Shown: positions 16,188 to 20,000 of the stretch, one piece after another | Layout: each line of letters starts with the position of its first letter | Numbering within the stretch: the stretch's first letter is position 1 | Position numbers and translations under genes: made by a program | Virus record (IMG/VR): IMGVR_UViG_3300025316_000017 | DNA from: an uncultured virus (IMG/VR IMGVR_UViG_3300025316_000017) | Taxonomy: Duplodnaviria; Heunggongvirae; Uroviricota; Caudoviricetes | Reading direction: 5' to 3' (one strand) | Length of the DNA: 20,000 nucleotides | Notes under the pieces: model-generated | Told to the model about the DNA's origin: nothing | What the model saw: only the letters and a program-made list of their open reading frames with translations | Database searches by the model: none

Positions 16188-16594
16188 TGTTATATGGAAA
16201 CTACGTCAAAATTATATTACTTATTGGTCTTGTATGCGGCATCTTTTTCGCTGGCTGGCATACTAGGGATCGGGATTTTACTATTTACAAAGATCAAGTC
16301 CGTATTGAAGCTGAAAAAGCTCAAGCGCACACGGAGTCAATCCAAAAGCAACAGGAAATAACTACTAAAGGAATCCAAAATGAATATGATGCGAAGCTTG
16401 CTCTTTTGCGCCAGTATTATGCTAACGGGGTGCGGAACAACAATGGTAGCAACCCAATGTCCAGCATTTCCACAACCTCCAAGCTCTCTGATGCAATCGC
16501 CGCCTACAATCAACTTGCTTCAGACTGCGCAGCCACAACCCTCCAAGTAGTAACGCTTCAGCAATGGATTAACGAACAAATAGCAATTAAATGA
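16187..16594 (+). CDS. Rz: Rz-like inner-membrane spanin
   Basis: ATG 16187 (TAATG overlap); 135 aa. N-terminal TM IILLIGLVCGIFFAGW, coiled coil, Cys near the C-terminus, ends LQQWINEQ. Contains an embedded lipoprotein gene. Confidence 0.8.
   Translation: MLYGNYVKIILLIGLVCGIFFAGWHTRDRDFTIYKDQVRIEAEKAQAHTESIQKQQEITTKGIQNEYDAKLALLRQYYANGVRNNNGSNPMSSISTTSKLSDAIAAYNQLASDCAATTLQVVTLQQWINEQIAIK
16380..16550 (+). CDS. Rz1: Rz1-like outer-membrane lipoprotein spanin embedded in Rz (+1 frame)
   Basis: Hand translation: MNMMRSLLFCASIMLTGC-GTTMVATQCPAFPQPPSSLMQSPPTINLLQTAQPQPSK* (56 aa). Lipobox LTGC, Pro-rich mature part, SD AAAGGA 7 nt upstream. Confidence 0.85.
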   Translation: MNMMRSLLFCASIMLTGCGTTMVATQCPAFPQPPSSLMQSPPTINLLQTAQPQPSK

Positions 16595-17181
16595 AACCAG
16601 AACAATTAACACAACTTGGTATTGATGCAACAAAATGGTATACCTTATTAATTGATATGTTTGCTAGGTATAACATTAATACAATTCAGCGCCAAGCTTC
16701 TTTTATAGGACAGTGCCAACATGAGTCAAACAACTTCAGAACTTTGGAAGAGAACCTTCATTACTCTGCCGATGGACTTATGCGTACATGGTCCTCAAGA
16801 TTTCCTAGTAGAGATGTGGCTGAACAATTTGCACAAAATCCAGAAAAAATCGCTAACAAAGTTTATGCAGGACGCATGGGCAATACCCAAGATGGCGATG
16901 GCTGGGCATATCATGGGAGAGGGCTTATCCAACTTACTGGACGAGACGATTACAAAAACTGTGGAGCAGCCTTGGGCATGGATTTAATTAATCACCCAGA
17001 GCTCTTGGTGCAACCCAATGGTGCATCTTTGTCGGCGGGCTGGTTTTGGAACAAACATGGTTTAAACGACTTGGCTGATGCCCGTGATTATGAGACAATG
17101 ACCAAGCGAATCAATGGTGGAACATTGGGTCTGGACGATCGTATTGCCAAAATTAACAAAGCCTTGGAAATATTAGGGTAA
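16591..17181 (+). CDS. Endolysin, glycoside hydrolase family 19
   Basis: 196 aa: FIGQCQHES...LEENLHYSA, YHGRGLIQLTGRDDY, SAGWFW, TKRINGG. Confidence 0.92.
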   Translation: MKPEQLTQLGIDATKWYTLLIDMFARYNINTIQRQASFIGQCQHESNNFRTLEENLHYSADGLMRTWSSRFPSRDVAEQFAQNPEKIANKVYAGRMGNTQDGDGWAYHGRGLIQLTGRDDYKNCGAALGMDLINHPELLVQPNGASLSAGWFWNKHGLNDLADARDYETMTKRINGGTLGLDDRIAKINKALEILG

Positions 17182-17186
17182 ACCCC

Positions 17187-19769
17187 ATGCCATTACAAAA
17201 GCTTGCTTTTCGTCCCGGTTTGTATCGTGAAGGTACAGCTTACTCCAATGAAGGAGGATGGTATGACGGGGATAAAGTTCGCTTTCGTTCAGCTCTTCCA
17301 GAAAAAATTGGCGGATGGACTCAAGTAAGCAATTCCACGTTTAATGGTATTTGCCGTTCACTATGGACTTGGGTAGACCTTTCAAGTAACGTGTTTATTG
17401 GTCTTGGGACTACATCAAAATATTATATTTACTCTGGTGGTACATATAATGACATTACGCCGATTACGTATACCAGCACGTTAACTGCAACAGCAATTGC
17501 TACTACTGCAAGCTCAACTTCTGTAACGATCACTGATACTGCCTATAACCCATCTGTTGGGGACTATGTAATTTTTAGTGCTGCTACAGTTGGCGGAGTA
17601 GTAATTAGTGGGGAATATGTAGTAACTGGAGTTACATCTTCAACAACATATACCATTACCACATCTGTAGCATCTTCAACTACAACAGGTGGACCTAGTA
17701 CAGTACAGTATGAAGTACCAACTGGCGCTGCAACTTATTTTTCAAGCAATGGCTGGGGTACTGGACCATGGGGCGGTATTTCTCCACCTTTAACTGCAAC
17801 ATTAGGCACAAATCCTTTTAAAACTACTAGCGGAAGTGGCGTTGTAATTGTTTCTCAAGCATCTACACCATATACATTAACTGGTCAGTATGTTTACTTT
17901 TCTGGCGCTTCTAGCATAACTGGAACAGGAATAGCAGCTTCTATGTTGACTAACACATTTAGTGTTACCCCCATTAGTGCTAGTTCATATAGTATTAGTA
18001 TGCCAAGTGGGTTTACCGCTACCGCTACTACAACTGGTGGCGGAACATTAGTAGTTGCTACAGAGCAATCTGGTACTCGTGGTTGGGGAACTGCATTTAC
18101 TGGAACTGGAACAGGAAATCAATTACGACTTTGGAGTAATGATAATTTTGGTCAAGATTTAGTATTTGCACCACGTGGTGGAAATATTTATTATTGGGTT
18201 GATGCCAACGGCGTTGGAACAAGGGGCGTAACGCTTTCTTCTTTGGCTAATTCCAATGCTAGTACTATTACGTCTTTAACTTTTGCTAGTGGTTCTTCTA
18301 CAGCGATTGCTTCTGTTCCCACTGGTATTTATCCTTATTCCTATATCACTGGAACGGGAATAACTTCTGGCACTTATGTATCGTCAAATTATGTTATTGG
18401 ATCAACATCAGTTCCTCTTTCTATACCGTCAACGGCGGCTAGTAGCGGTAATTACACCATTTCTTATGCGGGGGCTTATGTACCGACCCAAGTTCTTCAA
18501 GTTATTACTTCATCCATTCAAGAATTTGTTATTGCATTTGGTGCAAATTCCTACAATGGCGGTTCTTTATCAAATGATCCGTTTAACCCGATGCTTGTCA
18601 GATGGTCAGACCAAGCAAATGCTTATCAATGGGTTCCGCAAGTTACAAACCAATCTGGTGAGTTTCCATTAAGTAATGGTTCTTTTATTGTAGGAGCAAG
18701 AGCAACTCGTCAAGAAATATTAATTTGGACAAATACCGCTCTTTATACTATGCAGTATGTTGGTTATCCATATGTTTGGTCTTTTAATATTTTGATGGAC
18801 AACATATCAACAATGTCACCAAATTGCATGGTAACTATTAATAACGTTACCTACTGGATGGGGACTTCAAAATTCTACAAATATGATGGTACGGTTCATA
18901 CTTTGCCATCAGCTCTACGTCAATATGTATTTGATGATTTAAATATTAATCAATCATTTCAAACTTTTTGCGGTGCAAACGAAGGATTTAATGAGGTTTG
19001 GTGGTTCTACGTTAGCAATGAAAGTATTAATAATTCAATTGACAAGTATGTTATTTATAACTATGTAGAAAATGCTTGGTCATATGGCACTTTTGAAACC
19101 ATTCAAATAACTGCTGGTAATTTTGTTGTTGGACAACAATATGTCATTGCAACCCAAGGAAATACTAATTTTACTCAGGCGGGGGCAGTAAATAATAATG
19201 TTGGGACATATTTTATTGCTACAGCTACAGGCTCTGGAACTGGAACGGCTTGGGCTTTAAATGGTAGAAGCGCTTGGTTGCAAGACAATATTCAATCTAA
19301 TCCAGTAGCTGCCGACTATAACAACCGTCTTTTGTATCATGAAAGCGGTGTGGATGATGCAGCAACATCTAATGTACAGCCTATTTATGCATATATACAG
19401 TCCTCTGACTTTGGAATTATGGCTTCAGACCAAAATAATTCTGGTCAGCATTTTGGTTTTGTATGGCGCTTATTGCCAGACGTAAATTTCAATGGCTCTA
19501 ACGTAGCCAATCCACAGGTAACTATGGCTTTATATCCCCGTTTAAACAGCGGAGCAGTATATGGTACAACTGATTTAAACGCTGTAACTAGCAGCCAAAC
19601 ATATGCCTATCCAACACCACAAGAATATACAGTTCAGCAATTTACTGGTGAGGTGTATACCCGTTTACGTGGTCGACAACTGGCTTTTAAATGTTATTCA
19701 AATACGATAGGAACGCAGTGGCAACTAGGAACTACTCGTTTTGATGTTAAACAGGATGGCAGAAGATGA
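17187..19769 (+). CDS. Tail nozzle-like protein (P22 gp10/tail tubular B-like) with several inserted beta modules
   Basis: 860 aa: W.DGDKVRFR..LPEKIGGW, RLWS.DNFGQDL, VRWSDQ, EILIWT..ALY.MQY, FNEVWWFY, YVIYNY.E..W, R.RGRQ. These are propeller-type motifs of podovirus nozzles. Confidence 0.7.
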   Translation: MPLQKLAFRPGLYREGTAYSNEGGWYDGDKVRFRSALPEKIGGWTQVSNSTFNGICRSLWTWVDLSSNVFIGLGTTSKYYIYSGGTYNDITPITYTSTLTATAIATTASSTSVTITDTAYNPSVGDYVIFSAATVGGVVISGEYVVTGVTSSTTYTITTSVASSTTTGGPSTVQYEVPTGAATYFSSNGWGTGPWGGISPPLTATLGTNPFKTTSGSGVVIVSQASTPYTLTGQYVYFSGASSITGTGIAASMLTNTFSVTPISASSYSISMPSGFTATATTTGGGTLVVATEQSGTRGWGTAFTGTGTGNQLRLWSNDNFGQDLVFAPRGGNIYYWVDANGVGTRGVTLSSLANSNASTITSLTFASGSSTAIASVPTGIYPYSYITGTGITSGTYVSSNYVIGSTSVPLSIPSTAASSGNYTISYAGAYVPTQVLQVITSSIQEFVIAFGANSYNGGSLSNDPFNPMLVRWSDQANAYQWVPQVTNQSGEFPLSNGSFIVGARATRQEILIWTNTALYTMQYVGYPYVWSFNILMDNISTMSPNCMVTINNVTYWMGTSKFYKYDGTVHTLPSALRQYVFDDLNINQSFQTFCGANEGFNEVWWFYVSNESINNSIDKYVIYNYVENAWSYGTFETIQITAGNFVVGQQYVIATQGNTNFTQAGAVNNNVGTYFIATATGSGTGTAWALNGRSAWLQDNIQSNPVAADYNNRLLYHESGVDDAATSNVQPIYAYIQSSDFGIMASDQNNSGQHFGFVWRLLPDVNFNGSNVANPQVTMALYPRLNSGAVYGTTDLNAVTSSQTYAYPTPQEYTVQQFTGEVYTRLRGRQLAFKCYSNTIGTQWQLGTTRFDVKQDGRR

Positions 19770-20000
19770 TTGAACCAGCCATTATTCCTACAAAAGCCCC
19801 CAACTTGCCAGTGGCTGGAACCGATTATGACCAATCTTATTTCAATCAAATTTTAAACACTTTGCGCTTATATTTTGTGCAAATTGACAACTTTTCTAGG
19901 ATTACTGCAACCGTTCGCTATGGAACAACGGCGCAAAGACCAGCGGTTGGTCAACTAACTGGGCAGCAGTATTTTGATACCACTTTGGGATATCCTATTT
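19766..20000 (+). CDS. Virion protein (partial, runs off the right edge)
   Basis: ATGA overlap with the nozzle stop. MIEPAIIPTKAPNLPVAGTDYDQSYFNQILNTLRLYFVQIDN...GTTAQRP...GQQYFDTTLGYPI is open to the window end. Not in the ORF track. Confidence 0.75.
   Translation, partial: MIEPAIIPTKAPNLPVAGTDYDQSYFNQILNTLRLYFVQIDNFSRITATVRYGTTAQRPAVGQLTGQQYFDTTLGYPI

Noticed and set aside
7436..18672. Alternate-frame plus ORFs 7436-7627, 16721-16987 and 18376-18672
   Set aside because: Nested in convincing genes, with no lipobox or other motif, unlike the Rz1 ORF.
1..20000. CRISPR array, tRNA, integrase/IS, or stop-codon reassignment
   Set aside because: No spaced direct repeats, cloverleafs or recombinase motifs seen. 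Genes tile densely under the standard code using TAA, TGA and TAG stops.

Overview
This window is 20 kb of an AT-rich tailed dsDNA phage, probably podovirus-like. Its Rz/Rz1 spanin pair implies a Gram-negative host. At the left end, two minus-strand glycosyltransferase genes (TPR + GT9-like, then a partial GT9-like gene) diverge from a long, tightly coupled plus-strand morphogenesis region (2083->20000). That region holds a probable capsid-associated protein, an 842-aa virion protein, several small basic proteins, two head-tail adaptor-like proteins, a Zn-ribbon protein, tail fibre genes (one with an S74 chaperone), a TIGR02466-like oxygenase, a lysis cassette and a nozzle-like protein. No terminase, portal, major capsid, tRNA, CRISPR array or mobile element is visible. 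The main unexplained signals are: (1) a ~70-nt 5' leader with three interlocking helices abutting the RBS of the first structural gene; (2) a hydrophobic-x-x-G-G motif repeated 8 times across four small basic proteins, possibly a cleavage or packaging signal; (3) a His-repeat mini-protein; (4) a possible virion glycosylation system; and (5) an embedded Rz1 lipoprotein gene missing from the ORF track. Family assignments come from motif recognition by eye, not database searches.
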